Positions 9,883 to 19,777 of a DNA stretch of 64,000 bases are shown here, one piece after another (the stretch's first letter is position 1; every line of letters begins with the position of its first letter). A program made the position numbers and the translations under genes. The notes under the pieces were generated by a model. That model saw nothing but the letters and a program-made list of their open reading frames with translations. It made no database searches and had not been told where the DNA came from. Location: assembly GCA_963782525.1 (NCBI GenBank), contig CAWAKC010000003.1, forward strand, positions 96,001 to 160,000. The letters run 5' to 3'. Source of the DNA: Candidatus Bathyarchaeota archaeon (GTDB taxonomy: Archaea > Thermoproteota > Bathyarchaeia > Bathyarchaeales > Bathycorpusculaceae).

Positions 9883-11789
9883 TTCTTGAAGAATTCTCAG
9901 CATGGTTTGTTTGGGTTATCCCACTCTTTGCAAGCTTATTCGTACCGGTCATCGGCAAGTACAGTGACAAAGCCCGAAACTACTTTGTCGTTGCAATTGC
10001 AGCCGTTACGGCAGTTTTAGCGATTTCGTTAGTGCCAAGTATATGGTCTGGCACAGGCGCCGCCACAGAGTTTTCCGTATCATGGATTCCCGGACTTAAC
10101 GCTGGCGTCTACATTGACCCCCTCAGCGTCCTATTCACGTGCCTCGTCGCATTTTTCGCTTTAATCATCGCCGTCTACTCAATCGGCTACATGAAAGGCG
10201 AAGAAGGCTTAACTCGGTACTACTACCTCATCTTGCTCTTCATCGGCTCCATGATTGGCTTAGTAATCGCTGACAACATGCTGCAGATGTTCATCTTCTG
10301 GGAAATGGTAGGCTTATGCTCTTACGCTTTGATTTCATTCTGGTACAAAAAACCTGAATCAATCAAAGCAGGTGTCAAAGTTTTCATAATGACCCGCATT
10401 GGCGACATCGCTCTGCTTGCCGCCATAGGTATCCTCTACTTGATGTTCAATACCTTCAGTTTCCATGGAGTAATAAACGGTATTCAGGCAGGCGGCTTTA
10501 ACGTCGACTTAATGGTTGTTGTTGCTTTCCTTGTTTTAGGTGGAGCAATCGCAAAGTCTGCTCAACTTCCATTGTTCACTTGGCTCTACAGCGCAATGGA
10601 AGCTCCAACTTCAGTCAGCGCCCTTTTACACGCTGCCACTATGGTCAAAGCAGGTATTTACTTGCTGGCAAGGTTCATACTCATATTCTCGGTTGCACCC
10701 GTGCTGATCACTGCGTTGGGTACACAATTCTGGTTTGCAACAGTATCTTGGGTAGGTGTTTTAACTGCCGTAGTCGGCGCAACACTTGCCCTAACCACAA
10801 CAGACATCAAAGGAGTACTCGCCTATTCAACAGTAAGTCAAATCGGCTTCATGATGGCTGGATTAGGTGCAGCTGTAGACGGTGCTGCCTCAATCGGCTG
10901 GTTTGCTAGTTTATTCCACATGGTAAGCCACGCATTTTTCGAAGGCCTCGGATTTCTCTTGGCAGGCGGCATCATACACGCCATCGGCACTCGCGACATG
11001 CGTTTGATGGGCGGTTTAAGAAAAACTATGCCCATATCCTTCATTCTAATGGCCATAATGATTATAACCACCAGCGGTTTGCCGCCATTCGCAGCGTTCT
11101 TTAGCAAAGGCTTAATCATTACCAGCGTAACCGACACAGGCAACCTTATTCAGATAATCTTGCTTTACGCAACTGCAGCCATAACCTTCGCATACGTTGT
11201 ACGTATGTTTAGTTTGGCGTTTATGGGTAAAGAATCTGAGCACCTGCAAAAACAGCATGTTCACGAAGCACCCAAAGTCATGCTTATCCCCGCAGCAATC
11301 CTTGCAGGTTTATGCATCGTTTGGGGCTTATCAGAGCCACTGGTGGCAAGTTTCATGCATGTAAACTTAGCTGAAGGCTTACTAGGGGCCTTCACGAACA
11401 TAGAGTTCCCCATCTTCATCGTATTGCTCATACCCACCGGATTACTCGCTTACTACACCTATTACAAAGGCTACCAGGGAATCCGAAACTTTGCAGGAAG
11501 CAACAACCCCCTCATGGCAACACTCAAACACGCTTACTTCTTCGACGACTTTTATGGTGCTGTCTCCAAAGGCTTTGAGCGCTTAGCAGGCGGACTTACA
11601 CGAGTCGAGAACGCATTGTTCGGAAGATACCCTGACACATTAGGCACCGATGTGAGTGAAGCCGCAGAACCCGGACACGCAACAGCCCTCAAGCAAGGGC
11701 CCTCAGATTCATTTAGAAACTATGTTGCCGCAGCAGTGCTCGGCTTCATACTAATCGTTGTGCTGATAATATTGACTGTAGGAGTGTAA
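9879..11789 (+). CDS. NuoL-like antiporter subunit
   Basis: FIFWEMVGLCSY, TRIGD, KSAQLPLFTWL.SAMEAPTSVSALLHAATMV. Confidence 0.93.
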   Translation: MILEEFSAWFVWVIPLFASLFVPVIGKYSDKARNYFVVAIAAVTAVLAISLVPSIWSGTGAATEFSVSWIPGLNAGVYIDPLSVLFTCLVAFFALIIAVYSIGYMKGEEGLTRYYYLILLFIGSMIGLVIADNMLQMFIFWEMVGLCSYALISFWYKKPESIKAGVKVFIMTRIGDIALLAAIGILYLMFNTFSFHGVINGIQAGGFNVDLMVVVAFLVLGGAIAKSAQLPLFTWLYSAMEAPTSVSALLHAATMVKAGIYLLARFILIFSVAPVLITALGTQFWFATVSWVGVLTAVVGATLALTTTDIKGVLAYSTVSQIGFMMAGLGAAVDGAASIGWFASLFHMVSHAFFEGLGFLLAGGIIHAIGTRDMRLMGGLRKTMPISFILMAIMIITTSGLPPFAAFFSKGLIITSVTDTGNLIQIILLYATAAITFAYVVRMFSLAFMGKESEHLQKQHVHEAPKVMLIPAAILAGLCIVWGLSEPLVASFMHVNLAEGLLGAFTNIEFPIFIVLLIPTGLLAYYTYYKGYQGIRNFAGSNNPLMATLKHAYFFDDFYGAVSKGFERLAGGLTRVENALFGRYPDTLGTDVSEAAEPGHATALKQGPSDSFRNYVAAAVLGFILIVVLIILTVGV

Positions 11790-11793
11790 CAAA

Positions 11794-13389
11794 ATGACGC
11801 TACCAATTCTTTTAGCAGTATTTGCAATTCCATCCATAAGCATACCTTTCGTTTACTTAGCAGGAAAGAAATCGCCTAAAGCAGCAGCAATGTTCGTTGC
11901 TTTAATCGCGTTAGTCAACATCCTCTTGGTATTGTCCACAATTCCAACGATTCTTGACAGCGCAAAACACGTTTACACAGAATCCTACACATGGATTCCA
12001 TCATTAAGCAACACCAATTTCTCACTTTTTCTCGATGGCATCAGCGCGTCAGTCGCCCTAATCAGCTTAGTTCTAATCTTCGCAGCTGCCCTATTCTCAG
12101 TCAACTACATGGCTGGAAAAAAGAACCTCCCAGCATACTACGCGCTCCTTTGCATGCTCTCCGTCGGTTTAGTCGGAGTCTTCCTAACCAGCAACCTCCT
12201 CCTATTCTACTTCTGCTGGGAACTCATGCTTGTCCCTGCATACTTCATAGTTGGTGAATGGGGATATCGAAACTCGTACAAATCTGCGTTTAAACTCTTC
12301 CTTTTTACCCACGCAGGCGCTGTCTTCGTGCTGCTGGGTATAGGAGCAATCTACTACTTAACGGGCACCACAGACATGTTTGCTGCACAAGCCGCCTTAG
12401 TCTCAGCTGCTCCAGACGTGATCAAATGGATCCTCATTGCATTAACCGCTGGGTTTGCAGTGAAAATGGCTGTTTTTCCAGTCCACATGTGGCTACCCGA
12501 CGCCCACTCAGAAGCACCTGCACCAATGTCCGCACTCTTAAGCGGAGTCATTATAAGCGCAGGGGCTTACGCCATCTTACGCTTATCCTTCGGAATTGTT
12601 TTCCCAGCAGTCGGATCAGCGTTCGGAACAAGCTTCCTTTACACATTATCAATAATCGGAGTAATCACAGCGTTCTTCGGTTCGTTCCTTGCATTGGTTG
12701 CAACCGACATAAAGCGTTTAATCGCCTATTCGAGCATCGCTCACATGGGCTATATCATGTTTGGGCTCTCACTATTCCCTGTCGCATTAGCTGACAACAA
12801 CCCAGTGCTTCTTGCATCTGCCTCAGCCATCGCAATAGTTGGAACAGTATTGCACATCGTTACCCATGCTGCAAGCAAAGGTCTCTTCTTCCTTACGGCA
12901 GGAGGCATCATGCATCAAACCGAGGAGCGTGATATCCGCAAAATGGGTGGCTTAGCAAGTAAGATGCCGTTCTCAACTGTTTCAGGAACCATAGCGGCAC
13001 TGAGCATTGCTGGAGCACCACCACTGGCATGCTTTATCAGTGAATTCCTAATATTCGTCGGCGCCATTCAAATAATCAACTTAACTGGTGGCCTCAACAG
13101 TTTTTACATTATACCCACAGCACTTATGCTCATAGCAACGGTGTTCTCGCTCGCATATTCGCTAAGATTCATCTCTAAGGTGTTCCTTGGGGAACCCAAA
13201 GATGTGCATGGCATGGAAGAAGCTGAAGTTCTTGCAACTGAACCCGGTCATGAGAAACATAAAATCGTCGACATACCTAATTACATGAAGGTCTCGTTAG
13301 CAATCTTGGTTGTCCTGGTGGTTCTCATCGGAATCTACCCAACGTTCTTCATGAATCTAATTCAAACTGTGACCTTTGGAGGTGCTTAA
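11794..13389 (+). CDS. NuoM-like antiporter subunit
   Basis: FYFCWELMLVP, VKMAVFPVHMWLPDAHSEAP, KRLIAYSSIAHMG. Confidence 0.93.
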   Translation: MTLPILLAVFAIPSISIPFVYLAGKKSPKAAAMFVALIALVNILLVLSTIPTILDSAKHVYTESYTWIPSLSNTNFSLFLDGISASVALISLVLIFAAALFSVNYMAGKKNLPAYYALLCMLSVGLVGVFLTSNLLLFYFCWELMLVPAYFIVGEWGYRNSYKSAFKLFLFTHAGAVFVLLGIGAIYYLTGTTDMFAAQAALVSAAPDVIKWILIALTAGFAVKMAVFPVHMWLPDAHSEAPAPMSALLSGVIISAGAYAILRLSFGIVFPAVGSAFGTSFLYTLSIIGVITAFFGSFLALVATDIKRLIAYSSIAHMGYIMFGLSLFPVALADNNPVLLASASAIAIVGTVLHIVTHAASKGLFFLTAGGIMHQTEERDIRKMGGLASKMPFSTVSGTIAALSIAGAPPLACFISEFLIFVGAIQIINLTGGLNSFYIIPTALMLIATVFSLAYSLRFISKVFLGEPKDVHGMEEAEVLATEPGHEKHKIVDIPNYMKVSLAILVVLVVLIGIYPTFFMNLIQTVTFGGA

Positions 13390-13392
13390 ACT

Positions 13393-14922
13393 ATGGTACA
13401 AATTATAGACGTTATACTGCCAATATTTACACTAGTAATGGCAGCTTTACTTACCATCCCTATCTTTAGGGTAATCAGGAAACATGAAAGCCACAAGACC
13501 GCACTTACACTTGGATGGGTTTTAGCTGTTTTCCTCCTTGCAGGCGCGACCGTAGCCAACCTTGCTTTTAGCTATTACAGCACCGCTAACCCGGCGCCAC
13601 AAAACTTAGCGTTGGATGGAAGCGTATCTACGGCGGTTTCAAGTTCCTTCCTAATCGACGCCATATCCATTTACATGGCCATAATCATAGTAGCCATCAG
13701 CTCAGTCGTGCTGGTTTACACGGTTTTCTTCGTTAACTCAAACGAACGTCCTTCAGACCGCTACCTCGCCATAATGTTCATCTTAACCGCCGCACTCTTG
13801 GGCGCAGTCCTCTCGGGCGACCTCCTAACATTCTTCATATTCTGGGAATCAGCAACCGCAGCCGCAGCGTTTTTGATGATGTACCGAAAGAACGCGTTCA
13901 GCCTCAATGCCACCCTAAAGTTTCTCGTCATGGTCATCATAGCCTCAGCATTCGTATTATTTGGAATGTCGATTATCTACGGATTAACAGGCAGTCTAAA
14001 TTATAGCACGATCAGGGAAGCCTTAAGCGCTACAACTTTGGTTGGCTCCGACAAGAACTTGCTAATAATCGCCTTCGTGTTCATTGCAGCTGGCTACGCT
14101 ATTGAAGCAGCAATCGTTCCCTTCCACTTCTGGTTACCTGACGCATACACAGCCGCCCCAGCACCATCTGCAGCCTTCCTCTCTGCATTGGTTGACCAAG
14201 GCAGCTACTATATCCTCATCAGAATCTTACTCTACATCATCATCCCAACAGGTCCAAACCAAGTCTTAGACTGGACATTCATGCTCGCAATCCTCGCAGC
14301 AGTAACCATGGTTGTTGGCAATGTCTTCGCTTTAATCCAAAACAACATCAAACGCTTAATAGCATACATCTGCGTCGCAGACGTCGGATACAATCTCGTC
14401 GCCATCACAAGCGTCTCCTCCTTGGGCTTGTCAGGTAACCTCTACTTCTTCCTAATCGGCGGAATAACCACCGCTTTAGCATTCATGACAATAGGCATCA
14501 TTAACACCTACGGCATAAGGACTCTTAGTGACTTTGCAGGATTCGGCAAGAAAGCCCCTTGGGCTAGTTTAGCCTTGGTGATTGCGGGCTTATCTTTCGC
14601 AGGTGTTCCTCCTCTTGGAGGATTCATAGGAAAATACCTTGTTTTCACCGCTGCATTGCAAGCAAACCTGGCTTGGCTCGCCGTCATCGGAGTCTTAACA
14701 AGCGTGCTACAAACAGCATACATATTCAGGCTCATGAACATCGGATACGGCAAGAAAGCCAAAGACGAAACACCAATCAAAGAAAACAAACGCCTACTAA
14801 TACCCGTATTCATCCTCGTCGCCGCACTCTTCATCTTAGGCTTATTCCCCGATCTCGTTCTGCAACTCCTAACGCCAGCATCTCACCAATTAACCGCTCT
14901 TATCCCCTCAATACACGGTTAG
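13393..14922 (+). CDS. NuoN-like antiporter subunit
   Basis: FIFWES, IVPFHFWLPDAYTAAP, NIKRLIAY, GVPPLGGFIGK. Confidence 0.9.
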   Translation: MVQIIDVILPIFTLVMAALLTIPIFRVIRKHESHKTALTLGWVLAVFLLAGATVANLAFSYYSTANPAPQNLALDGSVSTAVSSSFLIDAISIYMAIIIVAISSVVLVYTVFFVNSNERPSDRYLAIMFILTAALLGAVLSGDLLTFFIFWESATAAAAFLMMYRKNAFSLNATLKFLVMVIIASAFVLFGMSIIYGLTGSLNYSTIREALSATTLVGSDKNLLIIAFVFIAAGYAIEAAIVPFHFWLPDAYTAAPAPSAAFLSALVDQGSYYILIRILLYIIIPTGPNQVLDWTFMLAILAAVTMVVGNVFALIQNNIKRLIAYICVADVGYNLVAITSVSSLGLSGNLYFFLIGGITTALAFMTIGIINTYGIRTLSDFAGFGKKAPWASLALVIAGLSFAGVPPLGGFIGKYLVFTAALQANLAWLAVIGVLTSVLQTAYIFRLMNIGYGKKAKDETPIKENKRLLIPVFILVAALFILGLFPDLVLQLLTPASHQLTALIPSIHG

Positions 14923-14968
14923 TATTTCGAGGAAAAGTAATCGCGCTCTTCTATGGAGCATCAAAAAA

Positions 14969-14988
14969 TTTTTTTTATTTTTTTTTTA
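14969..14988 (+). terminator. Oligo-T archaeal terminator of the hydrogenase operon
   Basis: Long T tract about 45 nt after the NuoN-like stop. Confidence 0.55.
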
Positions 14989-15003
14989 ACTAAACTTTGT
15001 TTT

Positions 15004-15398
15004 CTAAGTAAACTTGTGTCTATCAATGACTATAAGAATTACACCGGCTAAAGCGAAAAGGAACTGCAGAAATATCAGTTTACCCTAAAAAAATATCGGC
15101 GATGTAACAATGGGCGCGAGGGGGCATAAGACAAAACCACCGTTTCATCCGCACATGAAGATAAAACAAGAACCGCCCCCGTTAATGCTAAACCAAAACG
15201 TTTCCCTTTTATCGAAAACCCCGCCCCAACCCAACCCACGGCGAGGAAAAAAATCCCAAGGAACGCCATGAGCAAATATCCAACAAACGATTGCCCCGAA
15301 TACGAGTTAAACTCTGTAAGACCCATAAGGGCGAAAAGCAGCGTGGAGAGTGACGCGAGGGTAGTTGCGATGCCGCCTATTGCTCTTAACTTTGCCAT
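15004..15398 (-). pseudogene. Small membrane protein, probably frameshifted
   Basis: ORF 15075-15398 has 3 TM segments then loses hydrophobic character; another frame continues GKLIFLQFLFALAGVILIVIDRHKFT* to 15004. Confidence 0.45.
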
Positions 15399-15807
15399 GG
15401 TTACTTTATTTTAATAAAATTCGTTTTAAGCTTTTTCACTCTCTAAAAAACAACGGACACCTACTTATTTGATCCAATCAGGATTAGGCTTATAAATGCA
15501 AGTCAATAATCTTCTCAAATCTAACGGTATCTTATTAGAAAAATAATAAATGAAGAAAAACGGCTGAAATCCTGCAGAAAAGCCCGTTCTTATTCTTTCC
15601 AACAAGCCCAAAACGCTCATATAACTAAAAGAAGAAGACACTGACCTGCACACATCCACTGTCTTCTTCTACCCGTCAATAGGATAAGAAAAAATGGATT
15701 TCAGTGCATAACCTGCAGGGTGAGGTCCGAATCGGCGTCTTCAGATGCCATTGTTATGTTGAAAAATAGTGCTTAAGGAAGGAAAATGGGGATTTCAGAG
15801 GCAACAG

Positions 15808-17049
15808 TTATTTTCTTGTTTGACCGTCGCCCAAAATCACATATTTTGTTGTGGTGAGGTGCTGGGCGCTCATAGGTCCACGTGCATGAAGTTTTTGGGT
15901 GCTTATTCCGATTTCAGCGCCTAAGCCGAATTGGTTGCCGTCGGTGAAGCGTGTGGATGCGTTCCAGTAGACTGCTGCTGAATCGACTTCTTTTATGAAT
16001 TTCATGGCTTTGGCGAAGTCGCGGGTTAGGATGCTATCGCTGTGTTTGGTTCCATATTTGTTGATGTGCGTGATGGCTTCATCAAGGTTTTGGACCACTT
16101 TTACGCCTATGATTAAGTCGAGGTATTCGGTGCCCCAGTCTTTTTCGGTTGCAGCTTTTACGTCGGGGAGGATTTTGCGGGTTTCTTCGTCGCCACGGAC
16201 TTCCACGCCGTTCTTGCGTAACTCGGCAATAACAACAGGCAGGTATTGTTTGGCGATTTTGCTGTGAACTAGTAGTTTCTCGGCTGCGTTGCATGTTCCG
16301 GGGCGCTGACATTTAGCGTTTATTACGATGGGGGTTGCTTTGTCGAGGTCTGCGTCATCTTCAACGTAAACATGGCAGTTGCCCGTTCCAGTTTCAATGA
16401 CGGGAATCCGCGATTTCTCAACTACAGTCTTGATTAAGTCTGCACCGCCACGGGGTACCAGCACATCAATGTATTCTCGCATGCCCATCAATTCCTCTGC
16501 AACTTTTCGGTCTGGAGAATTCACCACTTGGATAGCGTCGACAGGTACCTTTGTTCCAGATAAGGCATCTCGCAACACTTCGCCGATGGCGACGTTGGAG
16601 TTTAACGCGTCTGAACCGCCTCTTAGAATCACGGCATTCCCCGATTTGATACAGATTCCTGCTGAATCCGAAGTGACGTTGGGACGTGATTCGTAGATTA
16701 CGCCGACTACTCCGAGGGGAACGCGGACTTGGCTGATTATTAAGCCGTTTGGGCGTGTCCAGCTGCTAAGGATGACGCCGATGGGGTCGGGAAGCGCTGA
16801 AACCTCGCGAAGTTCTTTAGCCATGTTTTCGATTTTCTTGTGGTCCAACGCTAAACGGTCAAGTAGTGCTGCTTTGACGCCTTTGGCTTTTGCAGCTTCA
16901 GCATCCGTTTTGTTAGCAGCCAAAATCTTCTCTGCGTTCGCTTCCAAGGCGTTTGCCATTCTGCAAAGCGCTACATTTTTGGCGTCCGATGAAAGCTTAC
17001 CCATTTCGAAAACGGCTGTTTTGGCTTTTAGGCATATTTCCTTTATCAT
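15808..17049 (-). CDS. proA: Gamma-glutamyl phosphate reductase
   Basis: VPLGVVGVIYESRPNVT, CNAAEKLLVH, NASTRFTDG, GAEIGISTQKLHARGP. Confidence 0.97.
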   Translation of the reverse strand: MIKEICLKAKTAVFEMGKLSSDAKNVALCRMANALEANAEKILAANKTDAEAAKAKGVKAALLDRLALDHKKIENMAKELREVSALPDPIGVILSSWTRPNGLIISQVRVPLGVVGVIYESRPNVTSDSAGICIKSGNAVILRGGSDALNSNVAIGEVLRDALSGTKVPVDAIQVVNSPDRKVAEELMGMREYIDVLVPRGGADLIKTVVEKSRIPVIETGTGNCHVYVEDDADLDKATPIVINAKCQRPGTCNAAEKLLVHSKIAKQYLPVVIAELRKNGVEVRGDEETRKILPDVKAATEKDWGTEYLDLIIGVKVVQNLDEAITHINKYGTKHSDSILTRDFAKAMKFIKEVDSAAVYWNASTRFTDGNQFGLGAEIGISTQKLHARGPMSAQHLTTTKYVILGDGQTRK

Positions 17050-18185
17050 TTTTCTTCCTCAAGTAGGTGGATGTTTCGGTGCTCAATAACATCTTTAGAC
17101 TTATCGGCGCCGAGTTTTTTGTGTACTTCAGTTACTTGTAAGCCTTTTATTAGGTTTAACTCGCTGCTGCTGAAGTTGGGATTGCCCTTCGCAAACGCTG
17201 CGCCTTCTTCGTCAATGAGGCTTATTACTTCGCCAACACTAAAGTTGCCCACAACTCGTACTACCCCGACGGGGAGAAGGCTGGAGCCGTCAAGAATGGC
17301 TTTTTTTGCGCCCTCGTTAACATGAATTTGACCTTTCACCGCAGCACCATAAGCTATCCAACGTTTCACCGCGGGCATGCGACTTTGAGGCTTAAAATAG
17401 GTGCCAACATCTTTACCCGCAAGAATATCCAATATGACGTTTTCTCTTCGGCTATTTGCTATTACCACGGCTATGCCGCAGGAAGTGGCAATTTCAGCGG
17501 CTTTGATTTTGCTTTGAATGCCGCCTCTCCCCAACTTGCTCTTGCCATTCAGCGAGCTTTTGAGTTCGGTGGTGATTTCGTCGACGATTTTGATGAGTTC
17601 GGCTCCTGGTTGGGAGGGATCAGAAGTGTACAATCCCTCAACGTCAGAGAGGATGATGACTAAGTCGGCGCAGACTGCTCCAGCAACGAGCACTGAGAGG
17701 ATGTCGTTGTCGCTGAAATTTACTTTGTAGCCTTCAGTCCGCATTAATTCGTCCACTGAGACCACGTCGTTTTCGTTTATGATTGGGACGACACCGATTT
17801 TAAGCAGTAAAGCCAGGACGTCGCAGGTGTGAACGTATGATGCCCTGCTGGAGAGGTCCTCGGCAGTTAGGAGGATTTGAGCAACTTTCAAACCAAATTT
17901 TTTAAAAAGCTCCCGATACTTTGCCATCAAAACGCTCTGCCCCGTGGCTGCGGCTGCCTGCTGGAACGCTACATCTTTAGGTTTGGGAGGGATTTCAAGC
18001 TCTGCGATGCCAGCCGCAACTGCTCCTGAAGTTACAAGAACTATTTTGTCGCCTTGTTTGGTGGTTTTGGCTATTTGGCTAGCTAGGTTTTCCATTTCTT
18101 TTTCATCCAGCTTGCCATCGCGGGTTATGCCGTTGGTGCCAACTTTAACAACTATTAACCGACTATTACTTTTATTTGAGTTAAT
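17046..18185 (-). CDS. proB: Glutamate 5-kinase (with PUA domain); 5' end replaced by the integrated element, no canonical start before the kinase motif
   Basis: Frame extends upstream of the ORF-track ATG (18095) through RLIVVKVGTNGIT to a TGA at 18194; also VTSGAV, INENDVV, DNDILS, GGIQSK. Only ATT (18185) or ATA are available as starts ahead of the VVKVG motif. Confidence 0.9.
   Translation of the reverse strand: MNSNKSNSRLIVVKVGTNGITRDGKLDEKEMENLASQIAKTTKQGDKIVLVTSGAVAAGIAELEIPPKPKDVAFQQAAAATGQSVLMAKYRELFKKFGLKVAQILLTAEDLSSRASYVHTCDVLALLLKIGVVPIINENDVVSVDELMRTEGYKVNFSDNDILSVLVAGAVCADLVIILSDVEGLYTSDPSQPGAELIKIVDEITTELKSSLNGKSKLGRGGIQSKIKAAEIATSCGIAVVIANSRRENVILDILAGKDVGTYFKPQSRMPAVKRWIAYGAAVKGQIHVNEGAKKAILDGSSLLPVGVVRVVGNFSVGEVISLIDEEGAAFAKGNPNFSSSELNLIKGLQVTEVHKKLGADKSKDVIEHRNIHLLEEEK
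18145..18158 (+). repeat. att site (proB-body side) TTAACAACTATTAA
   Basis: Identical to 26440-26453; reads L-I-V-V-K on the minus strand in the proB frame. Confidence 0.88.
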
Positions 18186-18216
18186 CTCTAATCAGCCTTC
18201 TTTTTACATTTTGATT

Positions 18217-18399
18217 TTATCTTACTGTTCCTGTTTTGGCTAAGAACTGTTTGATTAATTCTTCATCGTTCATTATGGGTTTAGAGTCGTGTTTTCTCAC
18301 TCGGCAAAGTAGGACCCGGAAGCCTTCGAGTTTGTCGCCTGTTTCTATGTATTTTTTGATAATTTGCCGTTCACTTGGAGTTAAGATATAGTCACGCAT
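18217..18399 (-). CDS. Small hypothetical protein (element, possibly DNA-binding)
   Basis: 60-aa ORF MRDYILTPSERQIIKKYIETG with GGTGA RBS. Confidence 0.7.
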   Translation of the reverse strand: MRDYILTPSERQIIKKYIETGDKLEGFRVLLCRVRKHDSKPIMNDEELIKQFLAKTGTVR

Positions 18400-18420
18400 T
18401 GTAAGTTTTCACCTGTGTAT

Positions 18421-18523
18421 CATTGGTTGATATGGTTATTTAACCATTACTATTGTGTAACATTGGTTAATTTCAACCATAGTAACGCTTAAATAACACT
18501 TCTGTGTTACAATGATTGTAACA
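18421..18523. promoter_or_regulatory. Divergent promoter with palindromic operators
   Basis: ATGGTTA-tt-TAACCAT (18432-18447) and TGTTACAAT-g-ATTGTAACA (18505-18523) between divergent small genes. Confidence 0.6.
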
Positions 18524-18538
18524 AGGAATTGAAGCAAA

Positions 18539-18664
18539 ATGAGCGCACAAATAACCCAAACAAAAAAAGTCTGCCCTGAATGTGGCGGCAAACTCGAATA
18601 TAATATTGCTTATGGAACCGACGACTGCATTGAATGTGGTCACGTCGAAGGCAACAGCGACTAA
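18539..18664 (+). CDS. 41-aa zinc-ribbon protein (not in ORF track)
   Basis: MSAQITQTKKVCPECGGKLEYNIAYGTDDCIECGHVEGNSD with two CxxCG motifs. Confidence 0.7.
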   Translation: MSAQITQTKKVCPECGGKLEYNIAYGTDDCIECGHVEGNSD

Positions 18665-18679
18665 GGAGCTGTGATTTAA

Positions 18680-18964
18680 TTGATAAAATACACTAAAGAA
18701 CAAATCAACACTATTCTAAACCTTGAAGGCTGGCTCAAAACCCAGATCGACGTCTTCAACCTCTACGCGGTCCTCACAATCGGCGTATCAAACAACTTTA
18801 AGGAATGGGAAGTTAAACAGAAAACCTACAGCGAAAAGCCACTATCCATAACTCTTGAGGACTTTGTCAACTGCACATCTAAAGCCGCTGTCAAAAAACA
18901 ATTCAAGAAGATCATGGCGAAAGCTGTTTCAGCGGCTATGTTTCCAGGAGACAAGGTTTTTTGA
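18680..18964 (+). CDS. Hypothetical protein (element)
   Basis: 94-aa ORF after an AAGGAG RBS. Confidence 0.6.
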   Translation: MIKYTKEQINTILNLEGWLKTQIDVFNLYAVLTIGVSNNFKEWEVKQKTYSEKPLSITLEDFVNCTSKAAVKKQFKKIMAKAVSAAMFPGDKVF

Positions 18965-19125
18965 CTTGTCTTTTCTGGGACCGCTGCCTTTCGCGGTCAA
19001 CTCATAGAAGCTTATGCAGTACTGATGGGTCAACCTGTAAAATTCACGTTGAAATCGAACGCCTCGAGAACATTGGCAAAAATAGAAATATAGTAATTCT
19101 CAACGTGTTTGGAGGTGAAAATTAA

Positions 19126-19278
19126 ATGAAAACATTTACATTCAACTTAAGCGCCAGAAAACTTCAAGCGTTAAATGAAAGAGCGGAGCTTATGGGAATA
19201 ACCCCAGAAAAGTTACTGTGCGATTTAATCAGCGAACATATCCAAAACACTGTTCTAGTGATTGCTGAAGACAGTTAA
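19126..19278 (+). CDS. 50-aa ribbon-helix-helix/CopG-like protein (not in ORF track)
   Basis: Perfect GGAGGTGA RBS at 19111; MKTFTFNLSARKLQALNERAELMGITPEKLLCDLISEHI shows a beta-helix-helix pattern. Confidence 0.7.
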   Translation: MKTFTFNLSARKLQALNERAELMGITPEKLLCDLISEHIQNTVLVIAEDS

Positions 19279-19449
19279 GAAAAGACTTAACCCTCATTTT
19301 CTTTTTTTGTTAAAGTCACCGAATGTTTTAAGTGTGGATTGCGCTTGAGCGAGTTTTTACCCTCTTCTCAGCTCAAACGTAATTCACACTCCTGCCCATT
19401 TTAGAAACTTTAAAAGAAATTAAAATAAAAAAAATAAAAGAGTTGAAGT

Positions 19450-19755
19450 TTAGAAAGGCTTTGATATTCTGCCTAATCCATCGGTGGTGAAGGATTGGCT
19501 TTTTCCGGCTGAAAAAGGTATGCGTTCGGCAGGTTTTGCAGGTTCAGTCTTTGGCGTTGGCTCCGGTTCAATTTGTAATTGAATCATTTTGCCGCCGTAC
19601 AAAAACAGTTTGTCTGCGAATTGTATCGGCTTGAAATGCTCGACCCAATTGTCTAAGTCTAATTGATTTTTAAATATTAAAAAGTAATCAAAATGGTTTG
19701 GGTAGCCTACGCCTGACTTCAATGTTGGTTGTGTGATTGATTGTTTTTTGCTCAT
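19450..19755 (-). CDS. Hypothetical protein (element)
   Basis: 101 aa with GAGGTGA RBS. Confidence 0.7.
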   Translation of the reverse strand: MSKKQSITQPTLKSGVGYPNHFDYFLIFKNQLDLDNWVEHFKPIQFADKLFLYGGKMIQLQIEPEPTPKTEPAKPAERIPFSAGKSQSFTTDGLGRISKPF

Positions 19756-19777
19756 TTTTTCACCTCTTTTTTCATGC

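Noticed and set aside
5185-14922. Annotation as NADH:quinone oxidoreductase
   Set aside because: No NuoEFG, and the large subunit retains both CxxC nickel motifs
17046-18095. ORF-track start of proB at 18095
   Set aside because: It omits the conserved VVKVG nucleotide-binding strand, which lies upstream in frame
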